64,000 nt of DNA from Spirulina sp. (GCA_044070495.1 JBIPSI010000009.1:64001-128000); one strand, 5' to 3'; positions 19,270 to 29,165 are shown, numbered from the stretch's first letter. Program-made: numbers and translations. Notes: generated from the sequence alone by a model not told the origin.

Positions 19270-20471
19270 ACCGGGGCCGTCACCGCTGCATCAAACCGGA
19301 AGCCTGCCTTGCGGATACGATCCATGGCTTCACCGAGGCGGTCGCAGTCGGCAATTAGGCTGACGCGCACGTAGCCTTCGCCGCCGGGGCCAAAGGCATT
19401 GCCGGGAGTGACAACCACGCCCGTTTCTTGCAGCACCGAAAGGGCAAAGTCGGTGGAGGTGCTATCCAGGGGGCAGGGCACCCAGAGGTACATGGTGGCC
19501 TGGGGCCGATCCACCGTCCAGCCGAGGGAGGCGAATTCTTTGATCAAAAAGTCGCGGCGGGTGGAGTAGCGCTCCTGGACTTCGTGGAGGTAGTGGTCGG
19601 GCAGGGAGAGGGCGGTTTCGGCGGCCCGTTGCAGGGCGGCAAAGATGCCGTAGTCCAAATTCGTTTTCAGGGTGCGGAGGCCTTGGATCACCTGGGAATT
19701 GCCCACCACAAAGCCCACCCGCCATCCGGCCATGTTGTAGGTTTTGGAAAGGGTGTGGAACTCGACGCCGACCTCTTTGCCGCCGGGAATTTCCAGCAGG
19801 CTGGTGGGTTGATAGCCATCGAAGGCCAGCTCGGCGTAGCACAGATCGTGCACCAGAAGCACCTGGTAGCGGTGGGCAAACTCCACGGCGGCCTCAAAAA
19901 ATTCGCGGGGGGCGGTGGCGGCGGTAGGGTTGCTGGGATAGTTGAAGAACAGCGCCTTGGCCCGTTTGGCAACATCGGGGGGGATGGCGTCAAAGTCGAT
20001 CAGCCACTGGTTTTCTGCGGTCAGGTGCAGGTGGTAGATGTCGCCTCCGGCAATGGCGGGGCCGCGAAAGTGGGCGGGGTAGGCCGGGGTGGGCACCAGC
20101 ACCAGATCGCCCGGATTGATGAAGGCCATGGCCAGGTGGGTGATACCCTCCTTGGAACCCAGCAGAGGCAGGGCTTCGGCGGTGGGGTCAAGCTGGACGC
20201 CGTAGCGACGGGCATACCAGTCGGTGATGGCGGTACGGAAGCTGGCGGTGCCCTCGAAGGGGGGATAGCCGTGGGTGGCGGTGTCGGCAATGGCGCGTTG
20301 GGCGGCTTCTACCACGGGGGCAGGGGTGGGGCCATCGGGGTTGCCCATGCCCAGGTCGATCAAATCGAGGCCCTGCTCACGGGCGCGGGCCTTGAGTTCA
20401 TCCAGACGGGCAAAGACGTAGGGGGGCAGGGAATTAATGCGCTGGGCGGGCTGGAGCCAACTAAGGGTCAT
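19266..20471 (-). CDS. PLP-dependent class I/II aminotransferase (aspartate/LL-DAP aminotransferase-like)
   Basis: PPYVFARL, DLGMGNPD, GSKEG, NYPSNPT, SKTYNMAGWRVG; ATGA overlap with the upstream gene. Confidence 0.92.
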   Translation of the reverse strand: MTLSWLQPAQRINSLPPYVFARLDELKARAREQGLDLIDLGMGNPDGPTPAPVVEAAQRAIADTATHGYPPFEGTASFRTAITDWYARRYGVQLDPTAEALPLLGSKEGITHLAMAFINPGDLVLVPTPAYPAHFRGPAIAGGDIYHLHLTAENQWLIDFDAIPPDVAKRAKALFFNYPSNPTAATAPREFFEAAVEFAHRYQVLLVHDLCYAELAFDGYQPTSLLEIPGGKEVGVEFHTLSKTYNMAGWRVGFVVGNSQVIQGLRTLKTNLDYGIFAALQRAAETALSLPDHYLHEVQERYSTRRDFLIKEFASLGWTVDRPQATMYLWVPCPLDSTSTDFALSVLQETGVVVTPGNAFGPGGEGYVRVSLIADCDRLGEAMDRIRKAGFRFDAAVTAPV

Positions 20472-21631
20472 GGCTGTACCTCCGAGGGAGCCGTAGATGG
20501 AGACGAGGATGAGGCACGGGAACGTTCCCGCAGTTCGGGGCAGAGGGGCGACACCATTGCCGCCAACAGGGCATCGGGGGATACCGTGAAGGGCAGGTGG
20601 TGAATGTCTGATCCTTCTCGGCAGGCAAAGGTTGCCGCCTGCTGAAGGTCGGCTAGGGTGGCGTTCCCCAGGCCCAGATCCGCCAGGGTTTGGGGCAGGC
20701 CCGTGGCTCGGTAGAACTGGATCAACTGCTGCCGCGCCGAGGTGGCCAGGGAGGACTTGCCGCCCATTTCCTCTAGGCGGAGCTGCACCAAAATGCCGTA
20801 GGCCACCTTTTCGCCGTGGAGGGAATCGTGGCAGGCGGGCAGTTGGGTGAGGCCGTTGTGCACCGCGTGGGCGGCCACGGTACGGCACTGGGCACCGCCC
20901 ACGCCGCCGATTACCCCAGCCAGCAGCACCGTGGCATCCACCACTTCCCGCCATTCCGGGCCACCCCACTGGCGCAGCGCCGCCGGAGTTTTTTGGAACA
21001 AAATATCCCGCAGTACTCGCCCCTGCTGCACCGCCGAAATAATCAAGGTTTGGTCGGACGACCCGCTGCTCACAGAGGCTTCGTACCACTTGGCGAGGCC
21101 ATCACCAATCCCGGCAATCAGGGTACGCGGCGGCGAGGTGCGGATCAGGGCGTAGTCCAAAATTAGTCGATCCGGGCAGCGGTCTAGGGCCACATCGTAG
21201 CGGAAGGCTCCGGCCTCAGAATACACGTTAGACAAAGCCGTCCAAGCCGCACAGGTGGCCCCCGAAGTAGGAATCGTCACCACCGGGCAGCGAATCTGAT
21301 GGGCCAACAGTTTGGCCGTATCCAACGCCTTGCCGCCGCCCACCCCGATCACCACATCGGCTTGGTGATCCTGGGCAATACCGCGCAGCCGTTCTAGGGT
21401 GGCTTCGCTACAGTCGCGGCCATAGTCGGCGGTTTGAGGGGCGAGTCTGGCCTGGGTGAGGGCATCCAGCAACGGCTGCACCCGTGGCAAGCTGTGTTGC
21501 CCACCCACCACCAGGGGACGCTGGCCCAGGGCCGCAATCGCCTCGCCCTGGTTTGACAAAATACCCTCACCCCGCACCACCTGGGCCGGAGCAATGGCAA
21601 GGGTTGAAATTGCGGAGAGGCTCGTCGTCAT
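20468..21631 (-). CDS. Iron-containing alcohol dehydrogenase family, glycerol dehydrogenase-like
   Basis: GVGGGKALDTAK, IPTSGATCA, GIGDGLAKWYE, AHAVHNGLT, LHGEKVAYG. Confidence 0.92.
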   Translation of the reverse strand: MTTSLSAISTLAIAPAQVVRGEGILSNQGEAIAALGQRPLVVGGQHSLPRVQPLLDALTQARLAPQTADYGRDCSEATLERLRGIAQDHQADVVIGVGGGKALDTAKLLAHQIRCPVVTIPTSGATCAAWTALSNVYSEAGAFRYDVALDRCPDRLILDYALIRTSPPRTLIAGIGDGLAKWYEASVSSGSSDQTLIISAVQQGRVLRDILFQKTPAALRQWGGPEWREVVDATVLLAGVIGGVGGAQCRTVAAHAVHNGLTQLPACHDSLHGEKVAYGILVQLRLEEMGGKSSLATSARQQLIQFYRATGLPQTLADLGLGNATLADLQQAATFACREGSDIHHLPFTVSPDALLAAMVSPLCPELRERSRASSSSPSTAPSEVQP

Positions 21632-21672
21632 AGAAATACCCAGAACGCAAGGGTGTGAAGCGAGGCCGAGGG

Positions 21673-22167
21673 CTAGGCCAGGAGGTCAGTATTGATTTGG
21701 ACTTGATAATCCAGGTCGGCATCCTGGGGGGCAGGCTGCACCTGACCGAGATACACCAGCCGAGACACGCCGTTCTCTTCGTGGACAATGGCACGGGCGC
21801 GAACGGTGGCGGTTTGGCCAGGAATCCCCAAACGGTAGGGCTTGAACAGGTTACTGGCGGCTTGGCGCAGGGTGGCGTCTAGTTCCTCTTCGGTGATGGC
21901 GTTGGGCACGGCGATCACAATTTGACTGGAGCCGGAGTCGTACACCGTGGCGTAGGGCAACGCGCCTTCAATTACCGTGCGGGTGAAGGGTTCAAAACTA
22001 AGGCCCAGCAGCCCCACCGTTAGCACCGCCGCGAACCCGGCAGCACCCACTAGCCGAAACCGAATCCCCCATTTAAAGGCAAACCCTAGTCCGGCGATGA
22101 CCGCGAGGGCAACGGTACCAATGGCGGCCCATTGGGTGGCTTCCAGGAATTCGGCGGGTGTTGGCAT
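21673..22167 (-). CDS. ycf51: Ycf51 family protein (DUF2518)
   Basis: WGIRFRLVG, VYDSG...VIAV, ATLRQAASNL. Confidence 0.8.
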   Translation of the reverse strand: MPTPAEFLEATQWAAIGTVALAVIAGLGFAFKWGIRFRLVGAAGFAAVLTVGLLGLSFEPFTRTVIEGALPYATVYDSGSSQIVIAVPNAITEEELDATLRQAASNLFKPYRLGIPGQTATVRARAIVHEENGVSRLVYLGQVQPAPQDADLDYQVQINTDLLA

Positions 22168-22403
22168 AGGTCTATAGTGCAGATAGATTAACAAAGATAT
22201 CGCAGATGTTGTGCCTTGGACTAGGGGCTGGCCTCGGCTAGATCTCGGCGGGGCCAAGACAAGGCTTGTCGGAATGGTCGTCCCTCAGGGGGCAAAATAG
22301 AGTGCTCTATCTAGTCTGATCGTACTCTGTATTCCGTCCTCTAGTGAGGGGTTGGGTCTGGGGAATACCGAGTTTCAGTAGATCGTAAAGTCTTCGCAGC
22401 CCA

Positions 22404-22581
22404 CCCTTTCCTGCGGAACACTACGCGAATGGAAGCAAGCTACACCCCCAGCCCCTCTCCCAGAAGGGCGTTCAGAAGGGCGTTCAGAAGGGCGTTCGCA
22501 AAGCGTCTCCCCAGGAGAAGGGTAGCCGGGAGTGCCTCAAAGTCCCTCTCCCAGGTTGGAAGAGGGATTTAGAGAGAGGGC
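22404..22581. repeat. Composite repeat: palindromic dispersed element with nested small repeats and a 12-mer triplication
   Basis: ccct|caccccca..cccctctccc..tcaaagtccctctccc..agagggatttag scaffold interrupted at 22408-22442 and 22471-22518; CAGAAGGGCGTT x3 at 22461-22496. Confidence 0.75.
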
Positions 22582-22718
22582 TGGATCTCAGCCAAGGAGC
22601 ATGGTTGTGATCTACCGAGTTTTCCTGAAGACCTTGTGTCATCGACGACCAACGACGGTGGCAATGCTTGTAAAGCCGCCCAAGACACGGTAAAACTTGA
22701 AGCCGTACTGATTAAAGG

Positions 22719-23312
22719 ATGGCGGCGGCTATGGTGACAGCAGCAGAATGGTCAATCCACCGGGGGGGACGTCGCCTAGGCGTGGTACTAGGAGCCTTGA
22801 CGGCCCTAGTGCTCTCGGGCTGTGGCGCATCGAAGGTATCCCAGTGTAATGATCTCGCGGTGGTGGTAAACCAAACCCAGACCTTCATGCCAGAGTTTGA
22901 AACCGACATTCAGGCCTTTAGCGAAAGTGCCGCCCAGGTCAAAAACCTCGATGACATTAAGGCCGCCGCCAGCCAATACACCGCCGCCGTAGATAAGGTC
23001 GTTACCAACCTCAATACCCTCGTGAGCGATCTAGAGGCCGTTTCCCTCAAAGATGAGACCCTGGTAGCCTTTCGCGATGAATACATCGGCGTGGTACAGG
23101 GGTTTGGCACCGCCCTAGAGGAGGCCAGCCAGGCCATGAATATGGTAGTAACCGTGGCCTCGGAGGATGACCTGCCCGCCACCATTGAGGCCTCCCAGCA
23201 GCAGACGGTGGAAGCGGTTTCAGCCATTGAAAATCTGTCTCAAACCGAGGCCCAACTGATTACGGATGTCAATGCCTACTGCGGAGCGGGGGCGTCTCCC
23301 ACAGAACCCTAA
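22719..23312 (+). CDS. Putative helical-bundle lipoprotein
   Basis: Basic and hydrophobic signal with lipobox LSGC; SQCN near the N-terminus and a C-terminal YC suggest a disulfide. Confidence 0.8.
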   Translation: MAAAMVTAAEWSIHRGGRRLGVVLGALTALVLSGCGASKVSQCNDLAVVVNQTQTFMPEFETDIQAFSESAAQVKNLDDIKAAASQYTAAVDKVVTNLNTLVSDLEAVSLKDETLVAFRDEYIGVVQGFGTALEEASQAMNMVVTVASEDDLPATIEASQQQTVEAVSAIENLSQTEAQLITDVNAYCGAGASPTEP

Positions 23313-23593
23313 ATTTGCGAACAATCGCAAGCGCTATCGATCCATAGCAAAATCTAGGCTGTCAACCGTTCACTTTTTTGGGTTGGCGCTATATTGGTAG
23401 CCCTAAGGGCTGCACTAGGCTTCATGGCGGCTCTTAGGGGATCACCGCTCTTTGCTAGAGCCCGTCAACGGCGAGTCATTAGCGAGCTAACGAGCAGAGA
23501 TGCGGCCCTCATCCTAGGCGAGTTGTGGGTTAGGTTGCCGTACCTGCTCCTAGGCGTACCCGTGTATCCAAGTGAAATGGTAGTAACCGCATT

Positions 23594-24526
23594 GTGAGTC
23601 AGCAGTCTGAATTGTCCGTAGAGCAGCTTCGGCAGGCGCTATCCCAGTTGCTAGTCAATAGCCCCGCCGACTGGATTCTGTTGCATCTGGCCATCGGCAC
23701 CATGAAAATGGGGGGCCATCGCTACGGGGCTTTTTTAGATGCGGCAACCACAGCGGCCAAGCTCGCCATTTATACCAGTTTTATTGAACAGGGCCAGAAT
23801 ATCCGCAAAACGGGCTTTCTATATCACGTCGAGCCTAAGCGGGTGAAGGCCATCGTGCAGGAAATTCAGACCGCCATAGCCGATGGTCAAAGTTTGAAAG
23901 TCCTCAATTCTAAAGAACCCTACTATTTAATTGCTCTCCCCTTTCTCTGGCAAGAACAGTTTCCCTGCGGCCCCCAGGAGGCACAAGTGAAGCTATCGGG
24001 GCTGACCCCCGGCGAACGCAAGTCCATTGAAGACAGCCTGCCCGCAGATGCCCCTAGGGCCAGAGTCCTTGACCAGGTGGAATTCAATGAACTGATCGAA
24101 AAGCTCCATGATTTATCCCAGGAAGAACTACCTGAGCCCCAGCGGATGTCCTTCAGCGACGCCCTGATGCTGCATATCAAGTTTCGGCTGCTGCATTCGG
24201 GCACCGTCATCCAAATCGATTCGCCCCTGGTGGATATTCCTCTGTTTGCCCTAGCCAGCGAGTCCTATGCCCCTAAGGATGAGCGGGAACGGGCCTTTGC
24301 CATGATTGACGACGTAGCCCGCTACTTCAGCATTTTGCAGGCCTGGGTGCGCAATGAGGAGGGCGTGATTCGAGGCGTTGAGGTGTTTGACGTGGATCTG
24401 GATCGCCGCCAGGAGGCACTCCAGGAACTCGATGTGCTGCTGCGCACCTGGGCGGATAAGTACCACCAGGAGGGGGGCTATCCCATGGTGCTTCAGTTTG
24501 CGGCGGGCACCCGCGAGGATGACTAG
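23594..24526 (+). CDS. hetR: HetR family transcriptional regulator (divergent)
   Basis: GHRYGAFLDAA, EQGQNIRKTG..HVEPKRVK, HIKFRLLHSGTV, RTWADKYHQEGG align along the full length of Anabaena HetR. Confidence 0.93.
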   Translation: MSQQSELSVEQLRQALSQLLVNSPADWILLHLAIGTMKMGGHRYGAFLDAATTAAKLAIYTSFIEQGQNIRKTGFLYHVEPKRVKAIVQEIQTAIADGQSLKVLNSKEPYYLIALPFLWQEQFPCGPQEAQVKLSGLTPGERKSIEDSLPADAPRARVLDQVEFNELIEKLHDLSQEELPEPQRMSFSDALMLHIKFRLLHSGTVIQIDSPLVDIPLFALASESYAPKDERERAFAMIDDVARYFSILQAWVRNEEGVIRGVEVFDVDLDRRQEALQELDVLLRTWADKYHQEGGYPMVLQFAAGTREDD

Positions 24527-24538
24527 TTCTGATCTGGG

Positions 24539-25063
24539 TTAACTGGGTAAGCGATCTAGGAGTCGCTGAAGGCGCACCTTGGCTAGCACATACTGGGGAA
24601 ATTGGTAGTGTTCCGCAATCACCCAGCCCACCATGGCCGTATGGGCGAAGAAGGTAAGGCTGGCCCACACCAACGACCAACGGCCTTGATCCTCGGCCTC
24701 CAGGGGTGGAAACATATACCCCCCCAGCACCACCAACCCGGCGGGAAGCAACACTAGGGAGATCCCTACAATCCAGAGCGTGAAGGCAATATCGGCGGCG
24801 GGGTGATGGAGCGGTTGCCAGCGCCAGCCCTGCCAACGCCAGCCCATGGGCTGTACCCCATCCACCAAGTGAACCGTTTGCTGATCCAGGTTGGCTTCTA
24901 GGATATGGCGACAAAAGTTACAGGCATAGGCATCCATCAGGGCCATGGCCTCAATCTGTCCATGGCGACACACAGGACACTCGTAAACCGCCCCTCCCTC
25001 AAGCTGAAGGGGGCGAGATTGCCGGATCGTTGGGGTGAAGGGCGTTTTCTTTGCGTTGGCCAT
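24539..25063 (-). CDS. Hypothetical protein with a zinc ribbon (CPVC..CNFC) and two transmembrane helices
   Basis: 174 aa ORF with the listed motifs. Confidence 0.78.
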   Translation of the reverse strand: MANAKKTPFTPTIRQSRPLQLEGGAVYECPVCRHGQIEAMALMDAYACNFCRHILEANLDQQTVHLVDGVQPMGWRWQGWRWQPLHHPAADIAFTLWIVGISLVLLPAGLVVLGGYMFPPLEAEDQGRWSLVWASLTFFAHTAMVGWVIAEHYQFPQYVLAKVRLQRLLDRLPS

Positions 25064-25368
25064 GCCCAGTTATCCTGCCTAATGGGAGGGATTAGAACGA
25101 TCTGTAATGTCCGATCAAACGCTACGATACCAGGGGGTTCCTAGCTTGAATAGTCTGGCCCTAGAAATCTGTTTTTGCAACCGCCATAGCGTCTCTCGGC
25201 TCTATTAAGCTGCTGATTGTGGAAGACGCCCGCCGCTCCCCTTGATCCGGGGGAGACAGAGTGAACCTTAGACCCCCAGGAACTGGGCGATCTAGAACCC
25301 AGCCATGGCATATCCCACGCTATCGAGAACCGCTATATTGTTGGTTCATTCTTGTCGGCTAAGCCCCT

Positions 25369-26805
25369 ATGCAAGCGCTCTATCAATGGTCTGCGACAGA
25401 ACTACAACAAGCCCTAGGGAGCGGCGCGATCAGCGCGACCGAGGTGGTAGAAAGCTGTTTGCAGCAAATTCACCAGGAGAATGATCGCCTGCGCGCCTTT
25501 ATTACCCTGTGTCCTGACCAGGCCTTAGCGGCGGCAGCGGTTGTTGATGCGGCGCGGAAACGGGGGGAACCCCTGGGGCCGTTGGCAGGCATTCCCGTTT
25601 CGGTGAAGGATCTCACGGCCACGGCAGGGGTGCGTACGACCTTGGGTTCCTTGCTTTACCAAGACTGGGTACCCACCGAGGATGAACTCTGCGTGGCGCG
25701 GCTGAAGCAGGCCGGAGCCATTCTGATCGGCAAGACCAACACGCCGGAATTTGGCCTGGGTGCCCACGTCAACAACCCCCTCTATGGGCCAACGGCCACC
25801 CCCTACGACCCTAGCCGCACTTCCGGCGGTTCTAGCGGTGGGGCGGCGGTTTCGGTGGCCACGGGCATGTGCCCCTTGGCCCAGGGCACCGACATGGGCG
25901 GATCGTCGCGTACCCCCGCCAGTTTTTGCGGTGTGGTAGGGCTACGGCCTGCGGCTGGCCGCATTCCTCGGCGGCACAAACCCCTACAGTGGGACTACCT
26001 CGATACCGATGGCGTGCTGGCCCGCACCGTGGAAGATGTTGCCCTCATGCTGTCGGTGATGGCCGGACGGGAGGCCCACGATCCGATTTCCATCGCCACT
26101 TCCTGGCCCTGTCCCACCTTCGATGAATCGGTGCGCGACCAGGTGCGGGGAAAGGTGCGGGTGGGGTTTAGCGTGGATTTGGGGATTACGCCCGTTGATG
26201 CCCAGGTGCAGGCCGTCTTTGAACAGGCAATGTCGCAGATGATGCCCCTCTGCCAGCAGATGGTACCCGCCCACCCCGACTGCACCCTAGCCCCTGCGGC
26301 CTTTGAACCCCTTCGGGCCGGATTGTTGCGGTACAAACAAAACCACAACTACGAACAATATTTCGACCAGCTCACCCCCACCGTGCGTTGGAATGTAGAG
26401 CGGGGTCAACACCTGACTGCTCTGGATTTCTTGACCGCCGCTGGCCATCGCGATCAGATCTATCGCAACTTTCTTAGTTTTTTTGAAACCTACGACATCC
26501 TAGCCACGGTGAGCGCCTGCGTGCCCCCCTTCCCCCACGACCAGCCGGAGGTGCTGCGGGTGAACGAAACCACCCTAGACAACATCCTCGACTACCTTAA
26601 AATCACCTACACCATTTCCCTCACGGGGCTTCCAGCCCTGTCTATTCCCTGCGGCTGGACGGACAGCGGTTTGCCCATTGGGCTTCAGTTGGTTGGCCCA
26701 CCCCAAGGAGAAACCGCCCTGCTTCAGTTTGCCTACCTGCTGCAAGAAGACCTAAATTTCCGCCACCGCTGGCCAGGGGTAGCGAGTCCATCCCCCATAG
26801 CCTGA
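25369..26805 (+). CDS. Amidase signature family enzyme
   Basis: SVKDL, GKTNTPEFG, GGSSGG, GTDMGGSSRTPA. Confidence 0.93.
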   Translation: MQALYQWSATELQQALGSGAISATEVVESCLQQIHQENDRLRAFITLCPDQALAAAAVVDAARKRGEPLGPLAGIPVSVKDLTATAGVRTTLGSLLYQDWVPTEDELCVARLKQAGAILIGKTNTPEFGLGAHVNNPLYGPTATPYDPSRTSGGSSGGAAVSVATGMCPLAQGTDMGGSSRTPASFCGVVGLRPAAGRIPRRHKPLQWDYLDTDGVLARTVEDVALMLSVMAGREAHDPISIATSWPCPTFDESVRDQVRGKVRVGFSVDLGITPVDAQVQAVFEQAMSQMMPLCQQMVPAHPDCTLAPAAFEPLRAGLLRYKQNHNYEQYFDQLTPTVRWNVERGQHLTALDFLTAAGHRDQIYRNFLSFFETYDILATVSACVPPFPHDQPEVLRVNETTLDNILDYLKITYTISLTGLPALSIPCGWTDSGLPIGLQLVGPPQGETALLQFAYLLQEDLNFRHRWPGVASPSPIA

Positions 26806-26851
26806 GGGCATTCGAGGAGACTTCTGGGGGAGAGGATATCACCTGGGGAAA

Positions 26852-27607
26852 TTAGGGCCAATTTTCCGCTTGAAAATGAGGCCCATAACCGCGCATGGTT
26901 TTTCGTTCGGGCTGGCGGTAGGTCAGGTGTTTACTGGTGAGCTTGCCCAAACTCACCAGCGCTTCCGCCATTTTCACCGCCGCCGCCACCGAGTCAATCA
27001 CGGGTACCCCTAGACGTTCCTCCAACTGTTTTTCTAGGCCACTCATCCCCGCACAGCCCAAGCAAATCGCCTCGGCCCCATCGTGGTCAATGGCAAGGCG
27101 ACCCGCTGCGGCCAGCACGTCCACCGTATTGGCCCGATCCTGCTCGGTGTCTAAAACCGATAGGGAAGTGGTGTGTACCGAGGCACAACGCCCCGCCATG
27201 CCTGCCTTGTGGATCGTCTTTTCCACCATATCCCGCGCCCGGTGCAGGGTCGTCACCACGCTCCATTTGGCGGCCAGCATATTCGCCACATAGAGACTGG
27301 CTTCGGCAATGCCCACCACGGGCTTGGTGGTAATTTCCCGCGCCGCTTCAATGCCGGGGTCGCCCCAACAGGCCAGAATAAAGGCATCAGAGGATTGATC
27401 TAGAATAATTTGCTCTAAAATGCCGGGAATGGCCAGATATTCGTCGTAAAACCCTTCGATAGATTCTGGCCCTACCTGGGGCGTTACGGTGATAATTTCG
27501 GTGTGGGCAAACTTGGCCGCCTGGGCAGAGGCATCGATGCTCTGGGTCATGGGTTCACAGGTGTTGCCATTGATGATTTTGATGCGACAGCTAGGAAAAT
27601 CGGTCAT
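26852..27607 (-). CDS. Asp/Glu/hydantoin racemase family (allantoin/hydantoin racemase-like)
   Basis: IINGNT..MT, GPESIEG, ACWGDPG, LGCAGM, PVIDSV. Confidence 0.9.
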   Translation of the reverse strand: MTDFPSCRIKIINGNTCEPMTQSIDASAQAAKFAHTEIITVTPQVGPESIEGFYDEYLAIPGILEQIILDQSSDAFILACWGDPGIEAAREITTKPVVGIAEASLYVANMLAAKWSVVTTLHRARDMVEKTIHKAGMAGRCASVHTTSLSVLDTEQDRANTVDVLAAAGRLAIDHDGAEAICLGCAGMSGLEKQLEERLGVPVIDSVAAAVKMAEALVSLGKLTSKHLTYRQPERKTMRGYGPHFQAENWP

Positions 27608-27645
27608 GGTTAAGCGATAGGGTTCCTGAATATGGCGCGGGTTAG

Positions 27646-28956
27646 CTAAAACTGCTGGGCTAGCAGGGCATCCATTAAACGGTGGGCCAGCAGCAGTTTG
27701 GGGGAGGGGGGAAACACCTCTTTTTCGCCATCGGCTTGGATCAGGACGGCCTGGTTGGTGTCACTGCCAAAGCCACTGCCGGGGATATCCACCGGATTCG
27801 CCACGATGGCATCCAATCCCTTGCGCTGGAGTTTCTCCCAGGCCGGGGGCACAATGTCTCCGGTTTGGGCGGCAAAGCCAATCAGGCGCTGGCGGGGCTG
27901 GCGGCGGCGGTTGAGATCGGCCACAATGTCGGGCACCGGGGCCAGGGGCAAGGCTTTGGGCAGATTAGCCTTAGCCAGCTTGGTGGGCGATTGGGTGGCG
28001 GGTTTGACATCGGCCACGGCGGCGGCCATCAAAATCCAGTCGGCCTGGGGTAGGTAGGTGACCATAGCTCGGTGCATGGCGGCAGCGGTAATCACCGAAA
28101 CCGTGCGGATGCCCCCCAATCGCGCCTGGAGATCGCCTTCCATAGGGCCGTGGACGAGGGTGACGTTGGCCCCTCGATGTTTGGCCGCTAGGGCCAGGGC
28201 CACCCCCATTTTGCCGCTGGCAGGGTTACCAATGAAGCGCACCGGATCCAAAAATTCGCGGGTGCTGCCCGTGCTAATCAACAGATTTTTACCCGCCAAA
28301 TCCCGCTGCCCCTGGGTGTGCATCAGGGATTCAATGTGGGCTAGGATGTCCTCCGGTTCGGCCATGCGCCCTGCCCCGATGCGGTCACAGGCCAAAATTC
28401 CGCTGCTTGGCCCCACGGCATGGAAACGCGGGTCTTGGCGCACGATTTGCCAGTTGCGCTGCACCGCTCGTTGCTGCCACATATCGGTATTCATGGCGGG
28501 GGCCAACAGCACCGGACAGGTGGAGGCCAGCACGGTATTCGTCAGCAAATTATCCGCCAAGCCGTGGGCCAGTTTACCGAGGGTATTGGCACTGAGGGGC
28601 GCAATCACCAGTAGATCCGCCCATTCCCCCAGTTCAATGTGCAAAGGACGACCTTGGGTGCGCGACCAAAAATCGGCATCGGTATAGGCGGGGTGGCGGC
28701 TGAGTGCCGAAACGGTGAGGGCGGGAATAAACGCCTGCCCCTGGTCGGTCAGCATCACCCGCACATCCACCCCGGCCTTGGCCAGTTCAGAAATGACCGA
28801 GCAGACCTTGTAAGCAGCAATGCCCCCGGTGATGCCGATCAACACCCGTGGGCCAGTGGGATCTAGATCGGCGTCTAGATCCGCCCCTGGCTGGGGTTGT
28901 CCTACGGGCACGAGGGGTTTGGCGTTCGATGGATCTGGGACGAGGGCAAGGCTCAC
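27646..28956 (-). CDS. coaBC: Bifunctional phosphopantothenoylcysteine decarboxylase/ligase
   Basis: GITGGIAAYK, HIELG, APAMNTDM, ACDRIGAGRM, DPVRFIGNPASGKMG, AAVAD; GTGA overlap with the DUF2555 stop. Confidence 0.96.
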   Translation of the reverse strand: MSLALVPDPSNAKPLVPVGQPQPGADLDADLDPTGPRVLIGITGGIAAYKVCSVISELAKAGVDVRVMLTDQGQAFIPALTVSALSRHPAYTDADFWSRTQGRPLHIELGEWADLLVIAPLSANTLGKLAHGLADNLLTNTVLASTCPVLLAPAMNTDMWQQRAVQRNWQIVRQDPRFHAVGPSSGILACDRIGAGRMAEPEDILAHIESLMHTQGQRDLAGKNLLISTGSTREFLDPVRFIGNPASGKMGVALALAAKHRGANVTLVHGPMEGDLQARLGGIRTVSVITAAAMHRAMVTYLPQADWILMAAAVADVKPATQSPTKLAKANLPKALPLAPVPDIVADLNRRRQPRQRLIGFAAQTGDIVPPAWEKLQRKGLDAIVANPVDIPGSGFGSDTNQAVLIQADGEKEVFPPSPKLLLAHRLMDALLAQQF

Positions 28957-29165
28957 GATTCGTCGTAGGGCTCAAGATCGAGGAGGTAGACGTAGGATTC
29001 TACCAATTCTGGCCGCTGAAAGGCGAGGGCACGCAGCAAATGCCAGTCTTGCAGCCCCTCAAAGGCATTATCGTAGGCATCGGCTTCAAGGCGACGGGCC
29101 AATTCTTCCACGGTGTCCGGCGTCATTTCTGAGACCGATTCCTGCGAAACATGAACGCTCAGCAT
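28953..29165 (-). CDS. DUF2555 family protein
   Basis: LARRLEADAY..AFEGLQDWHLLRALAFQRPEL..YVYLLD; sits directly upstream of coaBC. Confidence 0.85.
   Translation of the reverse strand: MLSVHVSQESVSEMTPDTVEELARRLEADAYDNAFEGLQDWHLLRALAFQRPELVESYVYLLDLEPYDES

Noticed and set aside
20472..21089. Long N-terminal extension of the aminotransferase ORF (607 aa in the ORF track)
   Set aside because: It overlaps the dehydrogenase gene in another frame; the real start is the coupled ATG at 20471
22461..22496. Short direct repeats (also 11257-11285, 15832-15867, 52557-52592) as a possible CRISPR array
   Set aside because: Units are 12-16 bp, essentially tandem without unique spacers, and no cas genes are present
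22600..25100. PatS/PatX-type RGSGR peptide gene or HetR box near hetR
   Set aside because: No RGSGR-encoding ORF or convincing GGG-N5-CCC site found by eye
25224..25290. Hairpin upstream of the amidase as a riboswitch
   Set aside because: No conserved riboswitch motif recognisable
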